Below, in pieces: positions 50,756-64,000 of a stretch of DNA of 64,000 nt. The stretch comes from Isurus oxyrinchus (lineage: Eukaryota). Position numbers and translations under genes: made by a program. Location: the NCBI GenBank assembly GCA_026770705.1, contig JANJGN010000035.1, positions 13,950,001-14,014,000 on the forward strand, in the 5' to 3' direction. The notes under the pieces were generated by a model. It was not told the origin of the DNA, made no database searches, and saw nothing but the letters and a program-made list of their open reading frames with translations. Positions within the stretch are counted from its first letter, which is position 1. Each line of letters begins with the position of its first letter.

Positions 50756-51939
50756 TTTGAATGACTTTTAGGGAGGCGTTACACCACACTGTGATCTGAA
50801 TCTCCTATCTCTGGTTAAATTAGAGACTTCTAAGATTCAGCGATAGAGCAAAAAGCATGGGCCCAGTGCCCTTTCAATGAAGTGAGTTTGTGCAAACACA
50901 GATAGTCACTGAGAGTCACGGCCAATTTTCAGTGGTTTGTGTCAGCTAAAAACATGTTTGGTGAATGTGGAGGGGGAGCAGGCAATTCATGGACAGTTTC
51001 ATAATCAAACCCCTCTGCTTCGCATCCGTATTGGCAGGTTAGCGAGGCAAATGCGTTTCTTAAAATTAAAGTGTTTTCATCAAATTCTATTCACCTTAAT
51101 ATTTCTCCAGCATGCACCTGGAAATGAATCTGTGGAGTATCGAAACCTAGTCTGGCGAAATATATTAAATGCATAAATGTTAATTGCGCTCTCTGGGATG
51201 TCCGAATTTCGCCAGACTTCAGCTGATGCACAGCACACTTGCCTCTCCGAATCCTGACAAACATCCTGTGCAATTTCAAATCTCATTAGTTTACTTGCTC
51301 ACTGTCCACACATTGCTAAGTGTAATCAATGGAGCTACTACACTTCGCAATGAGCTGTTGTGTCCTTTTCCCTCAATCTCTAAGGCCTTTCCCTACCCTC
51401 TTTCCTTTTCCACTTGAACTAAGGCCACTTCGGACCAAATATCGAGTATCACTTTGTGGATGTCCGTCGCCCCCATCTGTTCTCTTGCTATCTCCTTCCC
51501 CGTCTGCAGTGAGGCCGCTTGGACACCGACTTCAGGAACTTTCGCACTGGCAAGTCGACGACTTTCACATTCACGGAGCTTGTTGATGCAAACCCAAGCA
51601 ACACATGGCAAGACGGACATAGTGTAATGCAGGGGCGGGGGGAGGACGTAGCTTCAATTACCCGCCGGCCTCCGCAGCCTCACTCTTCCCCGGTCTAGCT
51701 GTAGTTTGCCACAAAATTGTCTTACCCGGCCTTGGCAGATCCGCTTCCCTTATGATGTTCATTGCTGATCAGTTCGGTCCTCCTGCCATCCCACACACAA
51801 CCATGAACTTCAGAAACAGTCCCAAAAGCGAAATAAATAGGGGAAATGGACGGGCAGTGCAAATCACATGTCGCAAACGTCTCCAAGTTCTGTACATTAA
51901 TGCACGAGGGCAGAGACATCCAAACTCATGGCAACATTA

Positions 51940-53500
51940 GCACCGTCTCACCAGAAAAACATCATTTTGAGTTTTGTTTTCCAGCCAAAGTGGCCAAACA
52001 TTTATTTTTCAACATTATACTCCATCTGGTAATTTTCTGTGAATCGCATAAGCCGATTCTGTCCCATAGCAGAATCATTGTATCCTCCTCACGTTTGTTT
52101 TCCTACCTAACTTTCTATAATCAAAATACTTAGTAAGATTACAGCCGGTCTCTTCATGCTGGCGATTGACATAGATCCTATAGAGCTTAATATCTAGCAC
52201 TGGCAGCCTATCTCTTGTTTCAATTTACCACCCTGTTATTTACTCATTTATTCCGATTCTCTGATCCTTATATTAGGACTATCCTCAATTCCTGTTAACA
52301 GAATGAGCTCTTACCTTGTTCAGTTCCTTTTAGTCGGCAAGTTAACGGAAGTCCTTTTATCGGGCAAATGTTCGACATCAGCACATTCTCCTTTATCCAG
52401 CTTGTTTGTTATATCATCGAAGGGCTCTAATAAACTTTTTCCTTCATAAAGCCATGTTGGATTTGCCAGGTTTTGACATAATGTTTGCATATGCCCGACT
52501 AGTACCTCCATAATAATGTTTCCAAGCATTATCCCAATGAGAGATATTTGCCTAACTGTCCTTTTGTTTCGCACTTTCAGTCTTCTTTTTGTTTTCATTA
52601 GTGGCGTTATTTTTTGCGGCTTTTCAAATTGCTGGGATATTTGTAAATGTTAGGAGATTCTGGAACATTGCAAAACATTTAACCACTGTCTCAGCAGCCA
52701 TTCATCGAAAGACCCTAGAATAGAAAATCCCAGATCCAGTGAAGCTGCTAGCCTGAAGTCCCATCAGTTTTCTTCGTATTATTTCCTCTAATTATAGTGA
52801 TATATTTAAATTTTTCTCTCCCTCTTTCCCCCAGACTTCTTGTTTATCTCGCGGTGATTGGTACGTCCTCCGCCGTGAAAACAGAAAGGAAATACCTCCT
52901 CAAAGACTTTGCCATTTCCCCTTATTAACACTGCAGTCTCACTCTCTGTAGGGCCAGCAGTGACAATCGCTGCTCTTTTCCTTTTATGTACGCTTGCAGA
53001 AGCTTTCACTGTCTGTTTTGAAGAGTATTGGTTATTGTTTTCCCCTCATTTGAAATAGTTGACAGTGCCCCGATGAGTGCAAGACAAAAAGCTTTGAAAT
53101 GTCCAATTTTTTAAATCAATGCTCGTGTTCCATCTTTCTCGCAGTTTATTTTTTTTTACCCTGTACCCAATTTCTGTCAGGTCATTTGTCTCCTTTGCTG
53201 CTTACCTTTTCAACCCTCTATCCTAACACTAATGATTGCAGCACTTAGATTTATTTTTAATTTCAATGAGATGTCAATGATAATGTACTGCCTTACCCAT
53301 GGATTGCGAATCCCTATCAAAGAGCATTTTTTCATCAGTGCAACATATTCTTATTAGAAATTGTGATATGTCTTCTTAAATGGCGGCCTTTCCTTCTCTG
53401 ATGTCTCACATTTTGACTTTAGTCACTTTAGACAAATCTATTTTCATCAAGTAGTAATTGTGTTCACTTAATTTAAGGCACACATTCCAGACACTACTTT
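51940..53500 (-). mobile_element. Decayed CR1 ORF2, paralog of 15,930-17,920
   Basis: ORF 52320-52598 (...KSLLEPFDDITNKLDKGECADV); colinear with copy A. Confidence 0.75.
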
Positions 53501-54974
53501 CGCTCCAAGTATTTTTCTACTGGGAAGCTGCAGAGTGCGTCCCATACACTAACTCAAAGGTACAAAAAAAAACTGCATCGTGGCTGAGTATTGTTCTCTG
53601 CAGAAAGTCAGTAACAAGAGTTGAAACGGTTTTAAGCACTCTGATGTTGACAGCAGGTTGCGGTTTTCGTGTTTCTGTTTGCTGCTCATAACAAAGACTC
53701 ATATTTATTCTGGGGGAATATCATTGTGAATGCACGTGAGCCGGTATATTTTTTTCTATGCAATGTCCATGACGGCAAGAGAGAGCCAATGTTCATCTTT
53801 TGCTTCCTGTTTTCACATTCGCCCCTGCAGCTATGATGAGTCAATGGGGCAATCTCGGCTTAGACACTAATCGGCAATGCAAGCATGAGACACCCACTTC
53901 TGCAAAAAAAAAAAAAATCGTTACCTGGGTTAGACCTGTGAATTGCAACACTGTTCGCACGCTGTCAATAACAACCATAACAACACCCAGATATGTTAGA
54001 AGAAATCAATCTTTCATTCGAGGGAGTGTTAATGAGAACAGCTTTTTAGGTAATGAACATCACCAACTCACCAACAACATCCCCACACTCTGTCCCTCGC
54101 ATTCATGAAATTATTTGCCATCATATCCAGATTGCTAAGTCCACAGCTCGAAGCTAGAAGCCAGCTCAATCTAACCCAAGAAACACACAGCACATAAGTA
54201 AACTTTGTGGTCCGTTGACCCCGTGCTCACACAAATATAACTGTTTTTCTTAAATTAACGGTACGATATGAGCACGCCTTTGCAGTATCTGTGCCGGTAT
54301 ACTGATCATCTCAATTCCGACATTAGTTAGAGTGCATTCAGCCAGTCAGTTAATGGATTCCCCGCGTGATTATAAATGGAGACATTAACAAGAACCAGCT
54401 TCTTTTCCAGATCATCATAGGGCCTGATACACAACCAGTTATAATATAATCTGCAGAGTTCACGCTGCCACTTTCGACCCCAGGGATACGAGAAGAGGCT
54501 TCTGAAGAACAGGTTTATAATTTGTGTTTACAAAGGATTCAGAGTCGTGGCAAATGTTGGCAGCGAGCTTTATTAGTTCGTGAAGAAAGCAACAATTCAG
54601 AACCGCCGATTTGACCACATTCTGCAGGGGGAAAAAAACTTTTTAGTAACCAACTGCCCACCATCATAATCTCTAGGAAGGTATTTCAAATCCCCCACGC
54701 CTTGTTGGGAACTTCGATTTCTGCATGTGTAAAGTTAAGGAAAAGAGGCAGCCTTTTCTGGGACAAGGGTTGGGCAAGGCGCAAGCCAGCGGTGAGCTAA
54801 ATTCAGAAACAAAGTTTTTTCCAAGTTTCACTACCCCTGTTGATCGACTCACTGGTCTTCAATTACCTTCTTTATCCCGAACCCCCTCCACGAATAATGG
54901 TTCCACAGACGCTGTCCTCGAGTCAGCTGGCACCAAAGAGGATTTGTGAATTAGGGTCAGAACCCTTACGATAA

Positions 54975-56960
54975 GAATCTAAGAATATAAGAGGTGGGAG
55001 CAGGAGTTGGCAATTCAGCCGCTCGAAACTGACCCACCATTCAATCCGATTAGGGCTGATCTCATTCGGGGTTAACTCTTATTTCCCGCTATACCCCACA
55101 ACCTTTCTACCGGTTATGATTTAAAAATCTGTTTATCTCCTCTTTAAATTTATTCAGCGTCTGGGCATCCACTGCACGCTGAGGGAATGAATTCCAAATG
55201 TTCACAACCCTTTGAGAAAAAGTATTTCCTCCTCTTCTCTGATATAAGCCTAGCGTCCCCTCAGACTAAAAACCGTGGCCTTTTGTTCTAGAATGCACCA
55301 CAATGGGAAACTCTAAGCCTACTTTTTATTCCCCCTTAGCGTCATATGTGCCTCAATTAGATATCCACTCATCCTTATAAACTCCAGTGAGTATAGGCCT
55401 ATACTATTAAATCCCTTCTCAAAAGACAAGACCCGCATCTCTGGAATCAATCAAGTGCACCTTCACTGAACTGCCTCCAATGCAACTACAGCCTTCCTCA
55501 AGAAAGTGGATCAAATCTTTGCACAGTGCTCCTGGTAACTTTTCCCCAATGCGTCGTCTAGTTGCAACAACACGTCCTTCTATTTTTGCTTATTCCTTTA
55601 GCAATAAATGCCAAAATTCTATTTGCCTTCCTTACTACATGCTGGACCTGCTTGCTAGCTTTCAGAGACTCATGCACGAGGATACCCACATCCCTCTGTG
55701 CTCAATTATTCTGAAGTTTCTCTCCATTTAAATAATTAGTCGCCTTTTAATTCTTCTGTTCAAAATGGAGAACCTCACACTTATCCACGTTAAACCCCAA
55801 CTGCCAAATGTTAGCCCATTCAGCAAAACTGCCCATATCCATTTGTAAATTTCTTATTTCTTCATTGCAACTTACCTTCCAAACAATTTTCGTGTCACCT
55901 GCAAATTCTGCGATGGTAACTTATATTGGTGAATCCAAATCATAAACATAGATTTAAAATATTTGGACCAAAAGGAACGAACCCTGTGCAGCCCAACAGT
56001 TCCAGCTTGCCATCCAGAAAAATATCGAATTATCATGGCTCTCTTCTTTCTGGTCGTTAGCCAATCCACTATCCAAACTAATATATTACCCCTAATTATG
56101 TGTAATTTAATATTGTATATTAACAATTAATGTGGCACCCTTAAAAATGTCTTCTGCAAGTCCAGATATACTACAACTACGGGATCCCCATCATCCGCTT
56201 TGCTTGTCACATCTTCAATGAACTAGCAAATTAGTCAAACAAAAATTAACCTTCATAAAACCATTCTGATTCTAAAGGATTGCATTTTGAATTTCCAAAT
56301 GCCTCAACCCTACTTCGTTAATAATAGATTCCAACAATTTCAATACAGACGTTAAGCAAATTGGTGGATAGCTTCATACATTCTGTTTCCCCAGTTTTTG
56401 AATAACTGTGTTATATTACCTTTTTTCCAATCCACTAGAACCCTTTCAGAATACAGTTATTTTTGGAATATTACAGTTAATGCATTCACGATCTCCGCTG
56501 CCACATCCTTTTAGAATATGGGATGTAGGCCATCAAGTCCCGCGGTCTTTTCACATTTTAATTCCAATGATTGCTCAGTACATTTTTTGTAGTGATGGTA
56601 ATTGTTCTAAGTTCCCTACTCTCCAAACCCTGCTGACTCCTATTTCTATTGCCGTGGTACTGAAGGCAAACACCTTGAAAACTAAAGCAAAATATTGATT
56701 TAGCAGCTCTGCCATTTTTGTGTTCCACACTATTAGCTCCCCAGTCTCCTCCTCCAACGGACCAACATTCCCTTTAAATATTCTTTCCTTTTATATACTG
56801 GTCGAAGCTTTTGAACACATTTTCTTTCATAAATGAGATTTGCTCCTTTTATTTGTTTTAGAAACCCTTTGTTGATCGTTAATCGTATCCCAGTCATCCA
56901 ATCTGCCACTGCCAATTTGGTTTACATTAGTTTTGCGTTATGATAACTTTAATTTCCTTG
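54975..56960 (-). mobile_element. ~2 kb CR1 LINE 3' portion present only in copy B
   Basis: Tail (ggagcaggagttggcaattcagccgctcga) through RT (ORF 55872-56126: IRGNILVWIVDWLTTRKKR...FSGWQ) to MAELLNQYFALVF. Confidence 0.85.
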
Positions 56961-56964
56961 CTTC

Positions 56965-58010
56965 ACCGTGGATGCGTTTTTCTATCTCCATTCTTTCCTT
57001 GCCATGCTTCCCTGGACCTGTTGGTCCTTGCCTTCATCTTTACGGGAACTTGTTGGCCATGAAGTCTCACTACGTCCTTTTGAATGAGGCTTCCACAGGT
57101 CTTACATAGAATTTCCCACGAGCAGCTACTCGCAGTCCACTTTAGCCAGATCATTGCAGTTCATATTCTAACCGGCCTTCTCACAATTCAGGGCCTTTAC
57201 CGCTGGATCCTATGTGTCCTTTTCCGGATTGACTTTAAGTCTTGCACAGTTATGGTCACTATCTACGAAATGTTCCAGCAATGACACTTCTACCACTTTC
57301 CTGGCTTCATTCTCAAATTTAGGGAAAGCACCATCCCGTCTCTTGTAGGACTTTCTATGTGCTGGCTAAAAAAATTGTCAAGGGTGCAATGTAAGAATTC
57401 GGCCCTCACTAATGTTTTCTGACTACGACTATCCTAGTTAATATTGGGTAAGTTGAAATCCCCTACTGCTAATACCCTTTCTTTTTATATACTTCTCTTG
57501 AGAATTGCCTACGTATCTGCTCCTCTATCTCACACTGACTTTTTGGAGCCCTATAACACACTCCGAGGAAAGTGATTGACCTTTTTTTGTTTCTAAGTTC
57601 TACTCACATGACCACATTTGAGGAACCTTTTAAATTTCCATCGCTCCAAACTGCAATAATTGACTCCTTGGTCAATAAAGCAAATTCAAGTATTATTTTA
57701 CACCCCCGCCCACCTCCGCTCTACTTTTCTGGAGATTCTATGCACTGGAATATTGAGCTGCCAGACCTCCACTTTCCTCATGCATGTCTCTGTTATCACA
57801 ATATCATACTCCCCTATGTTAATCAATGCCCTCAATTCATCTATTTTCCTTGCAATCCTTCTGGTGTTAAAATAGATTAAATACAGCCTTGCATTATTCC
57901 CTTGTTCTTTAACCAGTCTATATTTGCTCTGCCCTCTAGTATGACCTTTTTTTTTCTCTTCTATATTTGCCTGTGTATTAATCCCGATCTCTCCTCTCCT
58001 CTGTATCCCG
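56965..58010 (-). mobile_element. CR1 AP-endonuclease region, paralog of 19,490-20,500
   Basis: ORF 57698-58219 ends YFNTRRIARKIDELRALINIGEYDIVITETC...WQLNIP, the CR1 ORF2 N-terminal pattern. Confidence 0.85.
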
Positions 58011-59409
58011 TCGCCCTGCAAAACCCATAACAAGCAAATAAACTGCACTAGCAAAACCTCAGAAAAATTAAAAACCAGCCTACTGAAAGGAAAACTAGAA
58101 AAACTGCCGATGAATTGGGTAATCAGAAAGATTAGAAAGCAGGTTGAGACAACCAGTGGAATTCCCCATGGCAACACCCACCCCCGCCACAACCAAACCC
58201 ATGCAGCCTGCAAAAACAATCACTTTGGCGCCTCCCCGCCAGTACACACCAAAATATGTGGGAGAGCGCTATCTCTCCTGACTAATATTACAGTCTAATA
58301 ACTTGGGGACCGGTATACCAGGACAGATATTGAAATTTGACTTCAAAGCCTCACAATTACCATGAAACAGCTGCCCATTTTCGAAAAAGAAAAAGCATTT
58401 GGTTTCCTCAAACCCTTTAGGGAAAAAAAATCTTACGTTCTTACCTGCTCTTTTCTGCAAGTGACTAGAGGCACACTGGAATGCGTTAGACCCTTAACTC
58501 TCCAAGGAACAATGGATTATTAGTATTCGGCAATAAATGCTGACCTGAGCAACTACGCCCACATCCCATGCACAAATATAAAATAACCTGCGTATTCAGA
58601 AACAAAAGTTTTAAAATGCCAACTTTACTGATTAAGTATCATTTGGATTTTAAGCACAAAACCTTAAAACTTAATGTTGTAATGGAGTGTAATCGTTGAA
58701 TTCGAAATTTTTTAAATAATTTTTAAAGTGATAATTATCGGGGATTTTTGGAGAATTTTTTTAACCGTGTGCATTTAACTGATTTAAATGATCGAGTAAT
58801 GAGGCTCTTATGGAGTCACAGGCAGCGCAAAAATGAACACAATAGGTGGTGACACCAACCTAATTTATACAATAAAAGCGAAATCCTGCGAAAGCTGGAA
58901 ATCTAAAACAAAACAAAAAAAAAAAACTGGAAACACTCAGCAGTTCTAACAGCTTTGCTGGGGAGAGATGAAGACTTAAGGTTTCGAGTCTCATAATAAC
59001 ACTGCTTTTACCTCGGCTCATTTATATGAAAATATGTTCTCCAATTTTAGTGCGGTGCTCAAATTCTGCCCTTGACTTGTAAACAGAAAGTGCTGGTAAA
59101 ACTCAATACGTCTTGTAGTATGTGTGGACAGAGATACAGAGTGAACAGGGAGATGTGGTGGTTGGGCTAATTCTAATTCCCCACTCATATAACAGCACGG
59201 ATTCGCCACAATATTGATCTCAAATATCAATTGTTCTCCGCTGTATTAAATTGACAGGTGAGCTCCAGGGAGGATATAGCAATTATGCTCAGTAATTTAG
59301 GTAATTGTCATCCAAAAGAACCCTGCATTTAAGCAGGCCAGTCTGACTAGTGAGGCTACATATCTGGAGAGGACAGAAGCGGGACACTAATCAGTTGCAT
59401 ATTTCCATT

Positions 59410-60140
59410 GTATCCCAACACCACCAGCACCAGCAAAGCACCCACCAAAGCCAGGCCCCGTTTACCCCAATCCAACCCCATCTCTTTGCACACACAAAAG
59501 AAAACAACCACCAAAACTAAGCCCACCTCCACACTCTCACCTTCCTGACCCACACCAATCATAATCTCCCCGCTCGGTCCCTGCAATATAACCTGCCTTC
59601 CCCAAACCTCCAAGTTCCACCTACACACTCCACACCCAAACCCTGCTTCCGACCCACCCCGCCCACCAGAAACCCACAGCGTCACCACACACCTTGCCAC
59701 CCAACCCAACAATGGCCGTACCCAGATACCATCCTCCATATCATTCCCACCAAATCGACCAGACCCTCCATCCCCCAACCCCATCTCCCAGACCCCATCC
59801 CATCAACAATGCCCCAAACGACCTCCCCACCCTACACACCAACAGCCCCACCCCTACGCTACACCCATCCCCTCTTACCTAAAACCTGCACCAACGAAAT
59901 GACCCCCACTCACATCACGCCCACTTCCTTCTGCCTGCTCAGCAACAATACCACCTCGCCCGCCCAACCTCCGAGCTCTTCATTCCTACAACCCCCAAAC
60001 CACCAACAGCCCATCACAGACCCTACCCCCATCCCCTCTGCCCTACCAGCCCCAACCACCAACATGCCCTCACACATACCACGACCTACCCCAATCCCTG
60101 CTCCATGCAACATTGTCCACCACCCCCACTCTTGCAGCCA
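59410..60140. repeat. C/A-rich low-complexity tract
   Basis: Paralog of 22,125-22,825. Confidence 0.85.
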
Positions 60141-60909
60141 CAATGTCAACCGGAAGACAGAAGAGAAAATAAAAATGCTGCAAATGCTAGTAATCTGAAA
60201 GAAAAGCAAAAAATGCTGGAGAAACTCTTCGTGTCCATTTAACCCTTCTGTGAGATTCCATGGTGTCAAAGTGACTGGATCAGTCATCTCTCCATTCCGG
60301 GGTACACGTTGCTGGCCTTATAATAAACAGCCAATTTCCATTAGAGAGATGGAGAGATTGTTGCTGAGGCCAAGAAGATTATTTTCACACCGGGCATTTG
60401 TGTATATCACTGTTTGCGGAATGACCTGTCAATACAGCATCGCAAACTACATGAACTGCCAATGACACAAACAGGTGCTGAGTGCATACAGGACTCCATT
60501 TGTTATCACCCGCCGAAAGGTACATTGTCTTTCAAAGTTAATGGCAGGATAGAATATGATAAACACACGTGATTAAATGTTGCACCACCTCCTCTGGTTG
60601 CTCAAAGTGTTCAGCCTGAAATATGCAATCTATTTCATGCCACCAAATGTATTCCAACTCTGCCCCTGTGTGTTTTGGTTGCTCAACATTTTCTGTGCTG
60701 AATCTCCGCACTGAGACTCCAAGCTGTGCCCCAATACTCCAGAAGTGTGTATCTACTGAAAGCTGGGGAAACACATGAGATACTGCTTTCATAAATAATA
60801 CACTACCAGTATTTCACACCCCAACCACCGCCGCCGCACCCCCCCCCCCCCCCCCCCCCCCCCGCCAACGCAACACCATGGGAGGTTGTTTAATATGCCC
60901 AACATTAGT

Positions 60910-61730
60910 TGTTAATCTTCTCCACGCAAGAGAAGCAGCCCATGCCCAAATGCAGCCGGACCTGAACAATACCGATGGTTGAGCTAAAAAATGGCAAATA
61001 GAATTCACGCCACACAAGTGTCACGTGATGAAAATCTGCAACCTGAGAGAGTGCAACCATCGCCCCTTTATATTGAAGTGCATGACCATCACTGAATCCC
61101 CCACCATCAATATACTGGTGGTTACAATTTTCCACAAACTGAACATTATTAGCCCTATAAATACTTGGTTTCTAGAGCAGGTTAGAGGCTAGACATCCTC
61201 CAGCGAGTAACTCACCTCCTGATTCCCCAAAGCCTGTCCACCATCAACAATGAGTGTGATGCAATACTGCTCTCTTGCTTGAATGAGTGCAGATCCCTCA
61301 ACACTCAAGACGTTTGACACCAACCAGGTCAAATGAGCCGGTTTGAATGGCATCCCATCCATAAATGCTCGCGCCCTCTACCACCGAGACATAGTAACAG
61401 CAGTGTACACTAACTGGAAAAGGCTCCTTAAGCAGCAGCCTTCAACCCACAACAACTACCATATAGATGAACAAAAGCAGCAGATAGTTTGGAAAACCAT
61501 CATCTCGAGGCTCCCGTCCAATTCACTCACCATCCGAACTTGGAAATCTATCGGCCATTCCATCATTGTTGTTTGGAGAAAATCCAGAAACTCCTTTCGT
61601 AAGAGCAGTGCGGGTGTTCCTCCACTAGATGTGCTGCAGTGGTTCAAGAAGGCAGATCACCACGACCTACTGAAGGGGCAATCAGGGTTGGCAAAGATGC
61701 CAACGAAACACAAACCCAGTGAATTAATGG
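60910..61730 (+). mobile_element. LINE ORF2 C-terminus and 3' tail
   Basis: Homologous to 23,590-24,185 and continues into gcagtggttcaagaaggcagatcaccac. Confidence 0.8.
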
Positions 61731-63064
61731 AAGAAAAATATGAATTCATTTTCCTATTCCTGGTTGCTCGATGATGGCATGTTTCATGTCCGAATTGAAT
61801 TTATCCGCATGTTTGATGCTGATCCCCTATTTTGTAACTCAGGTGTCTGGAGCTATTTGCCCGGTCATCTGTGTCTTTTATGCAAAGCGAGAGAGCACAA
61901 CCAGTCTATTTTTGTTAATATACTGATTCGTCAACTTGCGTGTAACACAATGTAAAATTCGAAAAATATATTCCATTCTCGGTATTCAAGCGACATAATC
62001 CAGAATTGTTCAAAGGGAAACTGTTTCATTTAATGCATTGTGTTGTGTAACAGCATCCATTCATAATGTTAAATAGTCATTCTTATAAAAGCAAATTTGA
62101 TTTAACTTAAGGAGCGAGATTTTCCTGACAATATGATGGAATGTAAAGTTAAATAAACCGCCGGACACATTAACCATGCCGATAGATGTATTGAAAAGTA
62201 CATTAAAAACAAAAGGGTTTGAGATTAACGGATGAATGACAAATTGAAAGTAGGAGGTCGCCAACGAAATAAGATATTGATGGATTGCTGGGTAAATTTG
62301 GGGATAAAAATCGTTCATGGAACGTGGGCTAGGTCAGCATATATTGTTCATGCCTAATTGTACGTGTTCAAAGTCAGCTATGGCGGCCAGAAGAGGTCAG
62401 TAGATTGATTCCCTAACGATTTCGTGGTCATCAGCACGATTGCAGCTATAGTTTTGAATGTTAATGATTGAATTCGAATTCCAATTCAATTTGTGGGATT
62501 CGAAACCATATCATGACGATAATTATTCTGTTACGCCATTCTTACTAAACAGGAAAATTAACAAAATGCCCCCAGAGCCTCCCCTTCTTCTGTCTTCAGA
62601 TCACCATTGGAGAAGAATGTGTGTTTCAATGACAGGAAAGCATTACATTTAAATGTGCTTTGAAAGGGATAAATGTCAGGCCAAAAATAACATAATTGTG
62701 GATGTGACGGTAACTCGCTTATAAATTTTCAACATGCAATACTGAGCTATATTATCATATAGAGCCAGGCTGGTTTGGAATTAACCGAAAAGTTGACATT
62801 TTGCCATCTGTGAAAGTGCCTTGTTAATCACGAAGGGTACGTGGCCCGAATTCATGTGGATGTTTGACACTGCACTGGTCAGAGCAGTGGTGCTTAACTA
62901 GCAGCCATATTAATTTACAAAGCAATCGAAGCGACGGTCCAGTGAGAGGGACGCTCCCTTACCCAACACCAACAAGAAGAGAAACCAAGTCAGCGGCTCA
63001 GTTGTAAACCAAAAAATCGGGTGCAGGTATGTTGCAGACACGTGTGGTAATGCTTTATTCTTAC

Positions 63065-63371
63065 TTAGGTCACAGTTTCGAAGGATAATATTTTACTTTC
63101 AGGATATTCAAGGCAAATTCTTCAGGTCGATGTGTGTCGGGAGAGCAACAATTAACCTGTTATGTTGACTTCCCTTCTCCATTCCAAGGGAAGTCACATG
63201 TATAACATTTACATGGTCGACACACTGTCCGAAAACTAAATCTTCTCTTCATAGCCTGGCCTGTTTGAGTCCATTCTCTCGCCAGCTCCTCAGTGTGCGG
63301 GTGCCCGTAACTTATCTTTTCTGCAGAAAATGTGTCCATCTCCGTATATCTCACGGGTGAACCAGGAATGC
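63065..63371 (-). pseudogene. Second possible Ig C1-like exon relic
   Basis: Strong acceptor ctaatagtcatcttttccctcag|G and donor |gtaaga, 307 nt apart. Frameshifted pieces IFCRK..P / SWRENG / VIHVTSL / THIDLKNLP / ETVT. Confidence 0.3.
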
Positions 63372-64000
63372 CTGAGGGAAAAGATGACTATTAGGGACGC
63401 CGATAATGGGGTTAGGGATGGCAATAGCTGCTATAAGGCAATCGAGATTCTATGTGTCCTTATGATACCGAAAAAAATGTATTTGTCAGCAGTTTAACAG
63501 GTCCAAAGAATCAGCACGGAAAACAGGTTTTGGGAGACCGGATACCTTTTGAATCCCTTTTATTTTAGTCAGTATCCAGGCCGTTTTAGAGCAGATAGCC
63601 CCGGCTTGGATTATTTTTTTTTTTGTGTGGAACATATTGGAACATAAAGTCCTTATTGTTGCCTAGCACATAAGCAAACTTTTTATTTTTCATTTTTTCG
63701 TTGTAAATTGGTGATTGATTTGCAAAATGTCAGCCGTTTATTCCCGTGTTGCATCAGTTGCAAAAGGAAATCGGACTGTTTGTCGCTCAATTTGTTACAT
63801 TAAATAGAGCGATGTGAGGGGACCATTTATGAAATAAATAAAGGGAGGAAAGCCAATTTCAGGAAAATCTCTGCGTGCTCCACGAACAATAGGGGCTTGC
63901 CTCTCAGATTAATTTCAGCAACTGGTTATTATATTTACAGTTAACAGAATGCAGATTAAGGACACTATCTAATGCCAAATATATTGAAACGAAATTAGAT

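Larger units (their letters stand above)
42373..61460 (+). repeat. Segmental duplication, copy B
   Basis: Same ordered blocks as 1-24,185, offset about 42 kb at the left end. Shorter mainly because copy A has about 4.4 kb of extra sequence at 10,330-14,740. Confidence 0.93.

Noticed and set aside
62061-62318. Hydrophobic 85 aa ORF as a GPCR or membrane protein fragment
   Set aside because: AT-rich composition explains the hydrophobicity; no family motifs or splice context.
1-64000. V(D)J recombination signal sequences or a rearranging Ig/TCR cluster
   Set aside because: The CACAGTG heptamers noticed (about 1,684, 14,901, 55,522) lack a correctly spaced ACAAAAACC-like nonamer, and two lie within TEs. 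The scan was by eye and not exhaustive.

Overview
Repeat-dense eukaryotic DNA, most likely from a cartilaginous fish. This is inferred from the repeat families (CR1-type LINEs, L2 and Tx1 relics, Penelope elements, tRNA-headed SINEs), not from a database search. I find no intact protein-coding gene; nearly all of the ORF track is retroelement debris, low-complexity sequence or chance. Main structure: an old direct segmental duplication (about 1-24,185 vs about 42,373-61,460, roughly two-thirds identical by eye). Each copy carries two adjacent minisatellites that appear to be built from retroelement pieces: a ~36-37 bp unit resembling L2 ORF2 and a 43 bp unit resembling a SINE head. The interval between the copies holds a probable decayed minus-strand Ig-superfamily receptor pseudogene (leader-, C1-, TM- and ITIM-like exons), two tRNA-Lys(TTT) pseudogenes, two Penelope elements, and an apparently perfect 329 bp inverted repeat around a 495 bp CCAAT-containing spacer. 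Degenerate minimal hammerhead-ribozyme motifs occur in Penelope tails and in small palindromic elements. Transposon boundaries are approximate (tens of bp) and all alignments were done by eye.
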